Shown: positions 28,846-40,065, counted from the first letter of the stretch. The stretch: 64,000 nucleotides of DNA from Candidatus Poribacteria bacterium (GCA_965214095.1 OZ243938.1:4768001-4832000); one strand, 5' to 3'. Program-made: numbers and translations. The notes: generated by a model not told the origin, from the letters alone.

Positions 28846-30354
28846 ATGCAAGCCAAATACAATGAACTCAAAAGTCGTTTGATTGAAGTAAATGACATTA
28901 ATTCAGCCGCAGGATTGCTTCATTGGGATCAATCCACATATATGCCAACTGGAGGTGCAGCAGCACGTGCACGTCAATCTGCGACACTTAGACGTTTAGC
29001 ACATGAGAAGTTCACGGATCCAACCATAGGAAAACTGCTCGATGCATTGGTGCCTTATGAGCAAAGTTTGGATTACGGTTCTGATGAAGCAGGTCTACTA
29101 CGAGTCACGCGAAGACAATATGAACGTGCTATAAAAATACCCGCAAATTTCATGGCAGAAGTAACTACCCATACATCAGAATCATATCAAGTATGGACAG
29201 AAGCGCGACCAGCGAATGACTTTGAGAGAGTTCGTCCTTATCTTGAAAAAACACTTGAATATAGTCGTAAATGTGCTAATTTTTTTCCTGGATATGACCA
29301 TATCGCTGATCCAATGATTGAACCGAGAGATTACGGGTTGAAGGCTGCAGATGTCAGTCGTGTTTTTTCTGCGCTGCGAAAAGAACTTGTTCCAATAGCT
29401 GCTGCAATTACATCACAACCTACAGCTGATGATTCATGTCTTCATAAACATTTTCCTGAAGAACAGCAGTTAGAATTTGGTATGGAGGTTGCCAAGAAGT
29501 TTGGCTATGACCTCAACCGTGGACGACAAGATAAAACGCACCACCCATTCATGACTAAGTTCTCTCTCGGTGATGTCCGTATCACAACACGTTCAAAAGA
29601 AGATAGTCTTGGAGAGGCACTTTTCTGCACAATGCATGAAACAGGTCATGCACTCTATGAACAAGGTATCCGTATGGATTTTGAGGGCACACCTCTTGCA
29701 CGAGGAACATCTGCTGGTGTTCATGAAAGTCAATCGCGTCTATGGGAGAATATCGTTGGTCGGAGTAAAGGTTTCTGGAAATGCTTTTATCCGCAATTAC
29801 AAGATATCTTTCCAGATCAACTTGGTTCTGTTGAACTTGATACATTCCATCGTGCAATAAATAAGGTAGAACGTTCACTGATACGGACAGAAGCAGATGA
29901 GGTAACATATAACTTACACGTCATGCTGCGTTTTGATTTTGAGTTGGCACTGCTTGAAGGAGAGATGAAAATAAAAGATTTGCCAAATGCTTGGCGTGAA
30001 AGATTTCAAGAGGATTTTGGTATTATTCCACCCGATGACAAAGATGGTGTATTACAAGACGTGCACTGGTATTTTGGACTTATCGGGGGTTCTTTTCAAG
30101 GATACACATTGGGCAATATCTTAGGGGCACAATTCTACACGAGTGCGTTGGAAACGCATCCGGAAATACCAAGCGAGATAGAAGCAGGTGAATTCAACAC
30201 ACTACATAATTGGTTAAAAGACAATGTATATCAACACGGATCAAAATACACAGCACCTGAGATCATAGAACGTGCAACAGGTAAATCTATGACAATCGAA
30301 CCATATATCAACTATTTACGCACAAAATATGGTGAATTGTATTCACTAAACTAA
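28846..30354 (+). CDS. carboxypeptidase M32 (Taq family)
   Basis: WDQSTYMP, HPF, DVRITTR, HETGH, HESQS, IRTEADE, GVLQDVHW. Confidence 0.95.
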   Translation: MQAKYNELKSRLIEVNDINSAAGLLHWDQSTYMPTGGAAARARQSATLRRLAHEKFTDPTIGKLLDALVPYEQSLDYGSDEAGLLRVTRRQYERAIKIPANFMAEVTTHTSESYQVWTEARPANDFERVRPYLEKTLEYSRKCANFFPGYDHIADPMIEPRDYGLKAADVSRVFSALRKELVPIAAAITSQPTADDSCLHKHFPEEQQLEFGMEVAKKFGYDLNRGRQDKTHHPFMTKFSLGDVRITTRSKEDSLGEALFCTMHETGHALYEQGIRMDFEGTPLARGTSAGVHESQSRLWENIVGRSKGFWKCFYPQLQDIFPDQLGSVELDTFHRAINKVERSLIRTEADEVTYNLHVMLRFDFELALLEGEMKIKDLPNAWRERFQEDFGIIPPDDKDGVLQDVHWYFGLIGGSFQGYTLGNILGAQFYTSALETHPEIPSEIEAGEFNTLHNWLKDNVYQHGSKYTAPEIIERATGKSMTIEPYINYLRTKYGELYSLN

Positions 30355-30363
30355 AACAGGAAT

Positions 30364-30882
30364 TTGGTTTTGGACAATAGTAAGCTAATAACTCTTTTCA
30401 CATTATCCGTTTGTCTATTAGGATGTGGGGTCGTAAAATTGGTTGATATTCAGAAAAGTACTACTGAACTTCAACTCACAAGTAATCAAAGACAGACGAT
30501 TGAACCCAAGCTGAAACTTATTCGCGACATTGTTGATGATTACGAGTTTGAAAGAAAACAGTTGGAAGGAGACCTCCGCGAATATCGGACGCTTGCAAAC
30601 GATAGAGGACTGTACAGATATGATGGAGGATTGAGCACACAACAAAGAAGGCGCGGACTAACAGAAATAAGGACAAAAGTACGAAAGTTTATTACGCATC
30701 GGAATATATTATTGAAAGAAATTGAAGATCTGTTACGAGAAATTCAGATTGAACTTACAGATGAACAACGTGTTAAATTCGCCAAACTTAAAATGCCCGA
30801 ATTAGATATTCCCCGTTCTCTTAAACCGGACCCGCATGCTGACCTAAGACATATACCTTCACACTTGATTGGGGTGCAGTAG
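30364..30882 (+). CDS. hypothetical helical lipoprotein
   Basis: Lipobox LLGC, coiled-coil, LTDEQR motif. Confidence 0.6.
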   Translation: MVLDNSKLITLFTLSVCLLGCGVVKLVDIQKSTTELQLTSNQRQTIEPKLKLIRDIVDDYEFERKQLEGDLREYRTLANDRGLYRYDGGLSTQQRRRGLTEIRTKVRKFITHRNILLKEIEDLLREIQIELTDEQRVKFAKLKMPELDIPRSLKPDPHADLRHIPSHLIGVQ

Positions 30883-30888
30883 TCGAAT

Positions 30889-31854
30889 TTAACTTAGAAG
30901 CCGTTCAAAAAAGTGCTCTAAAAACTTGTCTGAATCTACATTGATACAAATATTTGCATTTGGTGTCGCGTTCACACGATCACTACGTAAGTCTGCAACA
31001 GTCATCCCACTCGTTAGATTACCTTCGGTTTCGACCTGTACAAAAGCAGCTACGTTTTCGAATAGATGAGGATACGCCAATATACCGATAGGTAATGCAT
31101 CATGGACATGTAAACCGTAGAAACCAACATTTTCATGGTAAAATTCCATGCACGCTTGTGTGGATTCTATTAGGAAATTGGTTAGTTTATAGTCGTGTCC
31201 TTCAGTTTCTGCAATCAATCGTTCGCCTGTCAAAACTACCTGATGGGTTACATCTAACGGGACAATGTGAATTGGTACACCTGAATTGAATACTTCATGT
31301 GCAGCATGAGGATCAACATAGACATTGAACTCCGCAGTTGTTGTAACATTACCATATTCACTGAAGACTCCACCCATCATGATGATGCTTTTAAGTTTCC
31401 GCATGCATTCAGGATCCTTTTGGATTGCAACTGATATGTTCGTCAAAGGACCCAAAGCAACGATGACTAATTCATTAGAAAAACGGTTAACCATCTCAAG
31501 AATTAAGTCTACACCAGAAATCTTTTCAATTTCACAGTTTGCTAAAGGATAACGAGGACTGCTGTCCGGATTTTGGAGTTCGCTAATGTTTCCTAATCCA
31601 TCTTTTCCATGAACGTCTTCAGCCTTTACAAGTGGTTTTACCAAGGGTTGTGCTTCGCCTTTCGCAATAATCGGATATTCAGATAATTCAAGGAGTTTTA
31701 AGATTCTCAATAGGTTTTGGGTCGCTTGGTCAACATGGACGTTTCCACTCACAGTCGTTATTGCTTCAATACGTAATTCTGGAGATTTTAATGCAAGTAG
31801 CAGTGCAAGTGCGTCATCTACACCAGGATCCGTATCTATCAGTATTCGATTCAT
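30889..31854 (-). CDS. inosine/uridine-preferring nucleoside hydrolase
   Basis: DTDPGVDD, VHGKDGLG, LGPLTN, AEFNVYVDP, HD. Confidence 0.95.
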   Translation of the reverse strand: MNRILIDTDPGVDDALALLLALKSPELRIEAITTVSGNVHVDQATQNLLRILKLLELSEYPIIAKGEAQPLVKPLVKAEDVHGKDGLGNISELQNPDSSPRYPLANCEIEKISGVDLILEMVNRFSNELVIVALGPLTNISVAIQKDPECMRKLKSIIMMGGVFSEYGNVTTTAEFNVYVDPHAAHEVFNSGVPIHIVPLDVTHQVVLTGERLIAETEGHDYKLTNFLIESTQACMEFYHENVGFYGLHVHDALPIGILAYPHLFENVAAFVQVETEGNLTSGMTVADLRSDRVNATPNANICINVDSDKFLEHFFERLLS

Positions 31855-32076
31855 GATTTCATAACCATATCATCTTAACGTGAGTTGATAATTAAAAACT
31901 AGCAAATAGAGAGCACCTTTGTTATTATGAGATATTACAATACATACAAAGGAGTTCTCTGATGGATATCATAACACTTTTCTATGAAATTGACGACTTT
32001 TTTCTTATACATCCATAGCATCAATTTACATTGAATATTACACATAGATTTGCTATCATGATGGATATAATAAAAA

Positions 32077-32793
32077 GTGAAGGCATTAAAGATGAACGCA
32101 GATGTATCAACCATAGATACCATATTATCTCATATCCGTGAATATCTACTTCCACAGGTGGCAAATCCATCAGAATTTCAGACTGCTGTTGACTTGCAGA
32201 GATTCCGCAGTCGTTTGCACAGTGTCCACAATTTCTGTTTACGCGGGCAGATGCCTGATGAAATAAATTCACAAGTTGAAATACTACTTTCAACGAGCGC
32301 GAGTTTTTGGAACCTTATCAGTGAAAATGAATTTTTGATGACAAATTTGAAAGATTTTACACGTGTTCGTACTTTCTCCGCTGAAGCAGAAGGTATCACA
32401 AATATTGAGGAATTGCTTTCAGGTGAAGATTCATTACGTGATGTTTTAATCAATAGTGTAGCATTCATGTTGAATTGGAAAGCGAATACTATCTGGGTCG
32501 ATTCTGCTAAGAAGGCACGTACTGCTATGACGAAAAACTATATGCTTGAAATACAAGACAGGATATGGCAGTACATAAAAGAAAGTAATAAGCAAGCAGA
32601 ACCGATTGATCTGGAACAGTCGGAAGAAATCCGAGATCGTGCAGAGAAATTTATGCAACTAATACAAGTCAGTGATCTAACGACAGATGCACAGGTAACG
32701 TTGCTACTCCAAATATACACTATGTTACTCAGATTCCAGCTTGGACAACTTATACTCCAATTAGAAAACCTCCATGAAAATGACACCGAATAA
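32077..32793 (+). CDS. hypothetical all-helical protein
   Basis: 238-aa ORF directly upstream of mazG; no family recognised. Confidence 0.6.
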   Translation: MKALKMNADVSTIDTILSHIREYLLPQVANPSEFQTAVDLQRFRSRLHSVHNFCLRGQMPDEINSQVEILLSTSASFWNLISENEFLMTNLKDFTRVRTFSAEAEGITNIEELLSGEDSLRDVLINSVAFMLNWKANTIWVDSAKKARTAMTKNYMLEIQDRIWQYIKESNKQAEPIDLEQSEEIRDRAEKFMQLIQVSDLTTDAQVTLLLQIYTMLLRFQLGQLILQLENLHENDTE

Positions 32794-32808
32794 AGGAATA
32801 GTAACTTT

Positions 32809-33588
32809 ATGAATGATGATTTATTTGAATCTCTCGTTGAAGTAATAGCGACATTACGAAGCGAAAACGGATGTCCTTGGGATCGAGAACAGACGCATAA
32901 ATCACTGAAATCAACACTTATAGAGGAAACCTACGAAACAGTTGAAGCCATAGATTCAGAGGATCCGTCAAAACTGAGAGAGGAATTGGGAGACCTTTTA
33001 CTGAATGTAATGCTTCAAGCACAGATTGCTGCTGAAAACCAAGATTTTACAATATATGATGTGATTGAAACTTTGACTGAGAAATTAATTCGTAGACACC
33101 CACATGTATTTGGTAATGTTCAAGTTGATAATGCTGAAGATGTTGTGAATAATTGGGAGAAAATAAAGAGTCAAGAAGCAGGATATGAAGATAGAAAATC
33201 AGTACTTGACGGTATTCCAAACGCTTTGCCAGCCCTGTTAAGAGGACAGAAAATACAAAAACGTGTAGCGCGGGTTGGATTTGATTGGGATAACATCACT
33301 GATGTCGTTGACAAAGTAGATGAAGAATTAGACGAAGTGAAGGAGAGTCTGAAAGATAGTGATATTAATGCAATAGAGAATGAGATCGGCGATTTGTTTT
33401 TTTCTATAGTGAATTTGTGTCGTTTTTTGGATTTGCAAGCAGAAGAAACATTGCGAAGAACTAATCGTAAATTTATCAATCGTTTCAAAAGAATGGAAGA
33501 TGTATTAGAGAACCAAGGAAAAAGTATATCTGATCAAACACTTACCGAACTTGATGCAATTTGGGAAGAAGTGAAAAAGGATGAGTAA
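32809..33588 (+). CDS. mazG: nucleoside triphosphate pyrophosphohydrolase MazG
   Basis: GCPWDREQT, EETYE, EELGDLL, KLIRRHPHVF, GFDW, EIGD. Confidence 0.95.
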   Translation: MNDDLFESLVEVIATLRSENGCPWDREQTHKSLKSTLIEETYETVEAIDSEDPSKLREELGDLLLNVMLQAQIAAENQDFTIYDVIETLTEKLIRRHPHVFGNVQVDNAEDVVNNWEKIKSQEAGYEDRKSVLDGIPNALPALLRGQKIQKRVARVGFDWDNITDVVDKVDEELDEVKESLKDSDINAIENEIGDLFFSIVNLCRFLDLQAEETLRRTNRKFINRFKRMEDVLENQGKSISDQTLTELDAIWEEVKKDE

Positions 33589-34328
33589 TGCAATGCCTTG
33601 ACAAGTTTCACAACTATCCTGATTTTGAAGAATACTCACATCTTATCAATGAATTAAACACAAATGCCGCTCCTGAAATAGTGATTGTACATCGGTCTGC
33701 ATATCCGATAAGTGAAACCGGTGAAAAGTTAGGAATTTTCTCTGGTTCATTTAATCCTATCACTATTGCACATATCAAAATGTTTGAAGAAGCACAAGTG
33801 CGTTTCCAACTGGATGAAATGCTGCTTCTACTTGCAAAAGCAAATGTTGATAAAGATGAATGTGGGATGCCGTTAGCAGGACGAATTCTTACGTTGAAAG
33901 GTTTTGCTGAGGAAGGGAACAATGTGTCAATCGGTATCTCCAGTCATGGTCGTTATATAGATAAGATAAGTGCATTGAAAGCAGTATATCCTGAAAATAC
34001 AGAATATCACTTCATAGTTGGATATGATACATTAGTGAGAATATTTGATCCGAAGTATTATACAGAAATAAATAATGAACTAAGAGATTTATTTTCGCAA
34101 TGTAGATTTATAGTAGCAAATCGTGAGAACGTAAATACTGAAACAATAAAAGAGTTTCTTGACACCCCAATGGTTCAACCCTATAGTTCATATATATCGT
34201 GTCTGAAACTTCCCGACTTTTATGCTGATGTTTCTTCTACAAAAGTTCGTAAACGTTTAGATCAAGGTGAATCTATCTCACATTTAGTACCCGCAGTTGT
34301 AGAAGACATTTTAGTTTCGTTATCTTAG
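33588..34328 (+). CDS. nicotinate/nicotinamide-nucleotide adenylyltransferase-like nucleotidyltransferase
   Basis: GSFNPITIAH, FIVGYDT, VSSTKVR, LVP. Confidence 0.8.
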   Translation: MQCLDKFHNYPDFEEYSHLINELNTNAAPEIVIVHRSAYPISETGEKLGIFSGSFNPITIAHIKMFEEAQVRFQLDEMLLLLAKANVDKDECGMPLAGRILTLKGFAEEGNNVSIGISSHGRYIDKISALKAVYPENTEYHFIVGYDTLVRIFDPKYYTEINNELRDLFSQCRFIVANRENVNTETIKEFLDTPMVQPYSSYISCLKLPDFYADVSSTKVRKRLDQGESISHLVPAVVEDILVSLS

Positions 34329-35189
34329 TTACTGTTTATTCGTATATATTGGGTTTTCAAGGATAGATTGAACTTCATAGATTGAACCTTTTTTGTCAGA
34401 ATAAGGTTCTGGCATTCGGACAGGAGTTGATACGATTCTGGGTTGGTTTGTTGGTTCACCTTGAATAATGAAGTCGTTGAAAGTCTCCCAATCAGGAATG
34501 CCTTTGAGGGGCCAAGCATCTACAGCACAGTATTGGAACAACAACAAACGACGTGACTTCTCCGATGTATTTGGTGCAGACCCGTGCAATGTCCTAACGT
34601 GGTGTATTGTAATGCCACCAGCCGTTATTTCAATAGGCACAGCACCTTCTGGTTTGAAATTTGGATCAGTAACAGCACCAACAAACGCACCGTTCTGATG
34701 ATGATCTAAAGTAGGACCTTTGTGTGAACTTGGGATCACCATCAATGCGCCATTCTCAACAGTCATATCGTCAATTACTACACCAACTGCAAGCAGATCA
34801 TCGTTTGTATGCGGGTAAAACGCCCAATCTTGATGCCATTCAACAGGACTGCCATATTCGGGATACTTCATGTTTAGTTTATGTCCATTATACCGAAGAT
34901 CTGGTCCGATGAGTTGTGATACAATTTCAAGGATATTCTGGTGTCTTAAGGTTTGGTCGTAGACTGAATGGTATAGACATGGATTTTTGATACGTCGTAC
35001 ACGCGGGTTGGCAGGAGTATGTCCTGGTTCTAAATCAAAAACGTCGTTATGCTCAGTAACCTCTCTGGATTTTTCAACAAATTCATCAGTAACACGGCGA
35101 AGTGCTAACACCTCCTCCCCTGATAGAACTGAAGCGACAGCAATATAACCGTTTTTCTGATAAGAATCAATCTGTTCCTGTGTTAGCAT
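34329..35189 (-). CDS. phytanoyl-CoA dioxygenase family protein
   Basis: KLNMK, WHQD, ENGALMVIPSSH, LHGSAPN..RR. Confidence 0.9.
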   Translation of the reverse strand: MLTQEQIDSYQKNGYIAVASVLSGEEVLALRRVTDEFVEKSREVTEHNDVFDLEPGHTPANPRVRRIKNPCLYHSVYDQTLRHQNILEIVSQLIGPDLRYNGHKLNMKYPEYGSPVEWHQDWAFYPHTNDDLLAVGVVIDDMTVENGALMVIPSSHKGPTLDHHQNGAFVGAVTDPNFKPEGAVPIEITAGGITIHHVRTLHGSAPNTSEKSRRLLLFQYCAVDAWPLKGIPDWETFNDFIIQGEPTNQPRIVSTPVRMPEPYSDKKGSIYEVQSILENPIYTNKQ

Positions 35190-35264
35190 TCAAAATGCTC
35201 CTATATTCAATGAAACTATCCCATTCCCATTCAATTGTATCTCGTTCCTACATATATAAAACAA

Positions 35265-36209
35265 TCAAGATTCTTCCTGATTATTTAGTATATTCTTAAA
35301 TTCCTGAAGGTTTTCTATCCTCTGAACTGTTTTAAATAAATGCTTAAGCTGGTCTAAATCATCAATTTCATCAAGAAACGGTTTTAATTCTTGAACATTG
35401 TCATCTTGAAAACGATCAGCAAGTGATTCAAGAATAAGATCAATTACAACTAATATTTGTCCGCGTTCCATACCGCGTTCCATACCGCGTTCCATACCGC
35501 GCATTATTCCTTGTTCTAAACCACGTTCTTTTGCTTCCTGAATATATTCTTGAATTAAAGGAAAATCCAACCAAAAACTATCAGGGAAAGACTGTTTTAA
35601 ATTTTCCATATCATACACTAAACTACTAAATATGCCCATTGATGCAAACATAATACTCTTGATGTCCGTATCTACACCTGCATTAATCGTTGCATCTACA
35701 CATTCGTCCAACCATTGCGTTGGATTCATCCCTTGAGACGGTTTCATCAAAGGTGTAAGTGGGAGCAAACTTGGTATTTGAGCCTCCAATATTTGTTGTC
35801 CATCAATTTCATTCAACCTTATGACTTTATATTTTATTTTGTATTCACATCCATTACCATTATACTCATAGTATCCAGGATCATTTCTACCTGCCCGTGG
35901 ATGTAAGTAAAGGACACTTGTGTACACATTCAATTGATATTCTCTGATAAGAAAACCGTTATATCCAGCAATGCGGTAATGCATTGGTTCTTGGCTGTCG
36001 TGTGTCTGAAACTCATTATGGAGAATAGCAACTTCATCAGGAAATTGAACTCTTAAAGTACTATCCGTTACAGATGACTTCAGTGTAATTTGTTCAGTCG
36101 TCAGGTTTTCCAACACGGTTACATTTTGATAACCGAGAATCAATTCAGTAAAAGGTTTAGGATTATCTGTAGTTATAAATTTTGTTATATTATCGTAGTC
36201 TTGTCTCAT
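35265..36209 (-). CDS. Rpn/YhgA-like PD-(D/E)xK domain protein with C-terminal GMER repeats
   Basis: D...LHNEFQ..MHYR, VLYL, YKVIRL, LLPLTPL; 12-bp tandem repeat at 35461-35501. Confidence 0.75.
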   Translation of the reverse strand: MRQDYDNITKFITTDNPKPFTELILGYQNVTVLENLTTEQITLKSSVTDSTLRVQFPDEVAILHNEFQTHDSQEPMHYRIAGYNGFLIREYQLNVYTSVLYLHPRAGRNDPGYYEYNGNGCEYKIKYKVIRLNEIDGQQILEAQIPSLLPLTPLMKPSQGMNPTQWLDECVDATINAGVDTDIKSIMFASMGIFSSLVYDMENLKQSFPDSFWLDFPLIQEYIQEAKERGLEQGIMRGMERGMERGMERGQILVVIDLILESLADRFQDDNVQELKPFLDEIDDLDQLKHLFKTVQRIENLQEFKNILNNQEES

Positions 36210-36252
36210 TACATAAAGTATACTGAAAAATTGAGGATTTTGTCAAGCAATT

Positions 36253-37356
36253 TTATTTGAAATTGTTTAGCAGTCTCAAATAAATCGTTTGCATTTTTTG
36301 GCTTTGTAAATCTATATTAAAACTCTCCTCTGCATGTTTTCTCCCCGCATTTCCCATTTTGTTGCAGAGTTCACGGTTATTAACAAATTGAACAATCTTA
36401 TTTGATATTGAGTCAATTGAGTCTAACGTCTCAACCCATCCTGTCACACCATCAACAATCATATCTGATGTACTACCGATTTGTGTCCCAATGACAGGTA
36501 ATCCCGATGCCATAGCCTCAGCAATGACACTGCCGGCTGATAAGGTTACTAATATATCCATCTCATGCAATGCACTTTGCATGTTGTTTTGATGTCCGGT
36601 AAACTGTATCACATTATCCAGATTGTATTTTCCGACCAATTCTCTCACTTCACGTTCATAAGCCTTATGTTTCGGAGTATCAAGTGATGACCCGATGATT
36701 TGAAATCTGACATTCTGACACTGGTTATATACCCTTGATGCTATCTCAACAAATTCTTTCTGTCGTTTGAATGGTTCAATTCGTCCCACCAATCCTACAA
36801 CAAAAAGATCAGACTGATTTTTCTCTGATATCTGTTTTGGTTGAAATTCTGACAAGTCAACACAGTTTAGAATAACATCTATTTTATTCGATGCGATACC
36901 GTGATCCAATAGAAATTCTTTGTACTGACTGGAAATAACAATAACTTGATCCATACGATCAAAGTCGTACTTAGCAATCTGTGTAGGATTGAGTATATTC
37001 CTTACATGTGAGATAACTGGAATGTTCAGACTTTTTCTCAATTGCCGAAGGTATGGATTGAACCATGAATCTGAAGTATGCACTACTTGGATATTGTAAT
37101 GTTTAGCAAAATCTATTAATTTTGAAGAAGATATATATCGGGATAGAATAGATTTAGTTTTTCGCCAATGTGGAATCTTAATAATTGTGGTATGAATATT
37201 GGCATTTCTCAACTGTTGTGCGAAAATACCATCATCAGGACAAATTACATAAGGATGGAATAATGTCTTGTCCAAATGCGTTACAAGGTAATAGAGTTGT
37301 TTTTCGCCCCCACCGATATTTGATCCACAATGACTAAGATAAAGTATAGGAATCAT
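36253..37356 (-). CDS. glycosyltransferase family 4
   Basis: GGGEK, VGRIEPFK, EAMASGLPVI. Confidence 0.9.
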   Translation of the reverse strand: MIPILYLSHCGSNIGGGEKQLYYLVTHLDKTLFHPYVICPDDGIFAQQLRNANIHTTIIKIPHWRKTKSILSRYISSSKLIDFAKHYNIQVVHTSDSWFNPYLRQLRKSLNIPVISHVRNILNPTQIAKYDFDRMDQVIVISSQYKEFLLDHGIASNKIDVILNCVDLSEFQPKQISEKNQSDLFVVGLVGRIEPFKRQKEFVEIASRVYNQCQNVRFQIIGSSLDTPKHKAYEREVRELVGKYNLDNVIQFTGHQNNMQSALHEMDILVTLSAGSVIAEAMASGLPVIGTQIGSTSDMIVDGVTGWVETLDSIDSISNKIVQFVNNRELCNKMGNAGRKHAEESFNIDLQSQKMQTIYLRLLNNFK

Positions 37357-37384
37357 TTATTGTTCAGCAAGAGCGAAAACATAG

Positions 37385-38377
37385 TTACACTGCAAAATCC
37401 AGATGTTTATCACGAAAAACTTGACTCACAGACCTTTGTTGATGGACTCTTAATATAGCTTCAGCGAGCAGTGGAGCAATGGAAAGCACTTTTATTTTTC
37501 CATCAAGTTGCTTTTCAACTGGAATCGGGATTGTATCTGTTGTAACAACTTCACGAATTGATGGATGCTTCAGTCTTTCTAATGCAGGACCTACGAGAAC
37601 AGCATGTGCTATGCTCACATAGGCAGGTTCTGCACCTGCTTCAGCCAAGGCTTGTGCTTGCTGATAAATACTGCCACCCGTAGCAATTTCATCGTCAATA
37701 ATAATCGGAGTCTTGCCTTTTACATCCCCGACCAACTCAACGAATTCCACATCTTGACCATCTGCACCATTCCGTCTTTTGTGCATAATAGCTAAAGGTA
37801 GACGTAGAATTTTGGCATATTTTTCAGCGAGCTTAGCACGTCCTACATCAGGTGCAACAATGACACCGTTTTCAATATCCTTTCCACGAAAATAGTCTGC
37901 TAATGTGGTGAGTGCAGTGAGATGATCCATTGGAATATCAAAAAACCCTTGAATTTGTGGGACGTGTAGATCGATAGCAATAACACGACTCGCTCCTGCA
38001 GTAGTCAATAGATTAGCAACGAGTTTTGCACTTATAGGTTCTCTACCAGTGGTTTTGTGATCTTGTCGTGCATAGCCAAAATATGGGATAATCGCCGTGA
38101 TCTGTCGTGCAGATGCACGTTTCATAGCATCAATTGTTATAAGGAGTTCCATCAGATTTTCGTTGGCAGGTTCTGACGTTGGTTGTACGATGTAGATATC
38201 GGTTCCCCGTATACTTTCTTCAATCTGTACACGTGTTTCACTATTTGGAAACGGACCGACAGTTATTTTTCCCAGTTCGACACCTAATTTCGCAGCAATT
38301 TCTTTTGCTAAAACGGGGTTTGCGCGACCCGCAAATAGCCTGAAATCACTACGAACTTGTTCTATCAAATTGGACAT
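37385..38377 (-). CDS. prs: ribose-phosphate pyrophosphokinase
   Basis: PYFGYARQD, DLHVPQIQGFFD, APDVG, IIIDDEIATGGS. Confidence 0.95.
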   Translation of the reverse strand: MSNLIEQVRSDFRLFAGRANPVLAKEIAAKLGVELGKITVGPFPNSETRVQIEESIRGTDIYIVQPTSEPANENLMELLITIDAMKRASARQITAIIPYFGYARQDHKTTGREPISAKLVANLLTTAGASRVIAIDLHVPQIQGFFDIPMDHLTALTTLADYFRGKDIENGVIVAPDVGRAKLAEKYAKILRLPLAIMHKRRNGADGQDVEFVELVGDVKGKTPIIIDDEIATGGSIYQQAQALAEAGAEPAYVSIAHAVLVGPALERLKHPSIREVVTTDTIPIPVEKQLDGKIKVLSIAPLLAEAILRVHQQRSVSQVFRDKHLDFAV

Positions 38378-38434
38378 TCCAAAATCTCCTTAGTAATTAT
38401 AGAGACAATTTATTTGGGTATAGTTTGAACTCAT

Positions 38435-40054
38435 TCAAGTTAGGGATTCGCCTGTCATCTCAGAAGGTTGTGGTAGACCGAGAAGTTGTAGTGCTGTCGG
38501 GGCAATATCTGCCAATCTACCACCAGTTCGGAGTTGATGCTCTTTATATTTATCATTCACAACAATTAGATCAACATCATAAGTTGTGTGTGCTGTATGA
38601 ATGCCACCTGTATCCGGATCAATCATCTGCTCACAGTTGCCGTGGTCTGCAGTGACAATAAGTGATCCACCTTTTTCCAAAACTGCATTTACAATTTTTC
38701 CGACACCTTCATCCACGGCCTCAACTGCCTCAATTGCAGCCGAAAGTGAACCTGTATGTCCTACCATATCACCATTTGCATAGTTCAGAATCATCAGGTC
38801 ATATTTATCCATGGCTATTCTACGCAACATCTCATCAGTGACCCCTGGAGCTGACATTTCAGGCTTTTGGTCATAAGTAGTAACGTCGCGCGGTGAAGCG
38901 ATAATTTGACGTTCTTCTCCTATATATGGTTCATCTCGGTAATCATTGAAAAAGAATGTTACATGTGGGAACTTTTCTGTTTCTGCACAACGGAATTGCG
39001 TTAATCCATTATCACTGATATAAGCACCAAGTGTATTAGACATCTTCGGTGGTTTTATAACCGCCGCTTCAACGGGTAATCCCTGTTCATATTCAGTCAT
39101 TGTTATAAATTTAACGCTCGTTTTCGAATTCCGTTTAAAACCCATTTCGCGCTTTACACCGTCTTTTCCTTCAGCATGGTATGGGAAAGAATCTAAACAG
39201 AATGCTTTTGTAAGTTCACGGGGACGATCACCTCTAAAATTATAAAAAATAACAGCATCCCCATCAGAAATACGGGGAAGTGGTTTACCATTACTATCAA
39301 GAACTACAGAGGGGCTGATAAATTCATCACCTTTGCGATTTGCATCGTCAGGGTTTTTGTAGTAATCACTATACGCTTGTGTCGCTGTGGTTACATGTGA
39401 GCCAACACCTTCGGTTAACAGACGGTATGCAACTTCAACACGATCCCATCTGTCATCTCTGTCCATTGCATAGAAACGACCGATAACAGAGGCAATTTGT
39501 CCAATACCTATTTGTTTAGTTTTCGCTTCAATTTGTTCACAAAACTTAATGCCGAGATCAGGTTGACAATCGCGACCATCACTGAAATTGTGTAGTAAAA
39601 CTTGATTGGATTCTAACCCGTTGTTCTTGGCAAGCGAGAGTAATCCATAGAGATGTTCAAGGGAACTGTGAACACCAGCATCACTCGCCAAACCCATGAG
39701 ATGTAGATTAGTATTATTATTCTTGACATGTGCGATTGCATTTAAAAACACTTCGTTCCGCGTGAACTCACCGGAACGAATCATTGTGCTGATGCGTAGG
39801 AGTTCTTGATTGACAATCCGTCCTGCACCGATATTTTGATGTCCAACTTCACTGTTGCCGATAACTCCAGCGGGTAGTCCCACATCTTCACCTGAAGTGT
39901 GGATAAGGACATTTGGATAGTTCTGCCTTAACCAGTCATCTACAGGAGTTTTTGCAAGGTGAACAGCGTTTGATTCCTGATATTCAGGATAAGGATTCTT
40001 GCCCCATCCATCTCGTATGATGAGTACGACGGGGCGTTTCTGGTGGGTTGCCAT
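38435..40054 (-). CDS. gpmI: 2,3-bisphosphoglycerate-independent phosphoglycerate mutase
   Basis: DGWG, GNSEVGH, GRFYAMDRD, AETEKFPHVTFF, DMVGHTG, TADHGN. Confidence 0.95.
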   Translation of the reverse strand: MATHQKRPVVLIIRDGWGKNPYPEYQESNAVHLAKTPVDDWLRQNYPNVLIHTSGEDVGLPAGVIGNSEVGHQNIGAGRIVNQELLRISTMIRSGEFTRNEVFLNAIAHVKNNNTNLHLMGLASDAGVHSSLEHLYGLLSLAKNNGLESNQVLLHNFSDGRDCQPDLGIKFCEQIEAKTKQIGIGQIASVIGRFYAMDRDDRWDRVEVAYRLLTEGVGSHVTTATQAYSDYYKNPDDANRKGDEFISPSVVLDSNGKPLPRISDGDAVIFYNFRGDRPRELTKAFCLDSFPYHAEGKDGVKREMGFKRNSKTSVKFITMTEYEQGLPVEAAVIKPPKMSNTLGAYISDNGLTQFRCAETEKFPHVTFFFNDYRDEPYIGEERQIIASPRDVTTYDQKPEMSAPGVTDEMLRRIAMDKYDLMILNYANGDMVGHTGSLSAAIEAVEAVDEGVGKIVNAVLEKGGSLIVTADHGNCEQMIDPDTGGIHTAHTTYDVDLIVVNDKYKEHQLRTGGRLADIAPTALQLLGLPQPSEMTGESLT

Positions 40055-40065
40055 ACAGTTTCCTT

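Noticed and set aside
35461-35501. 12-bp tandem repeat
   Set aside because: Ordinary GxEx repeat typical of Rpn/YhgA-like C-termini
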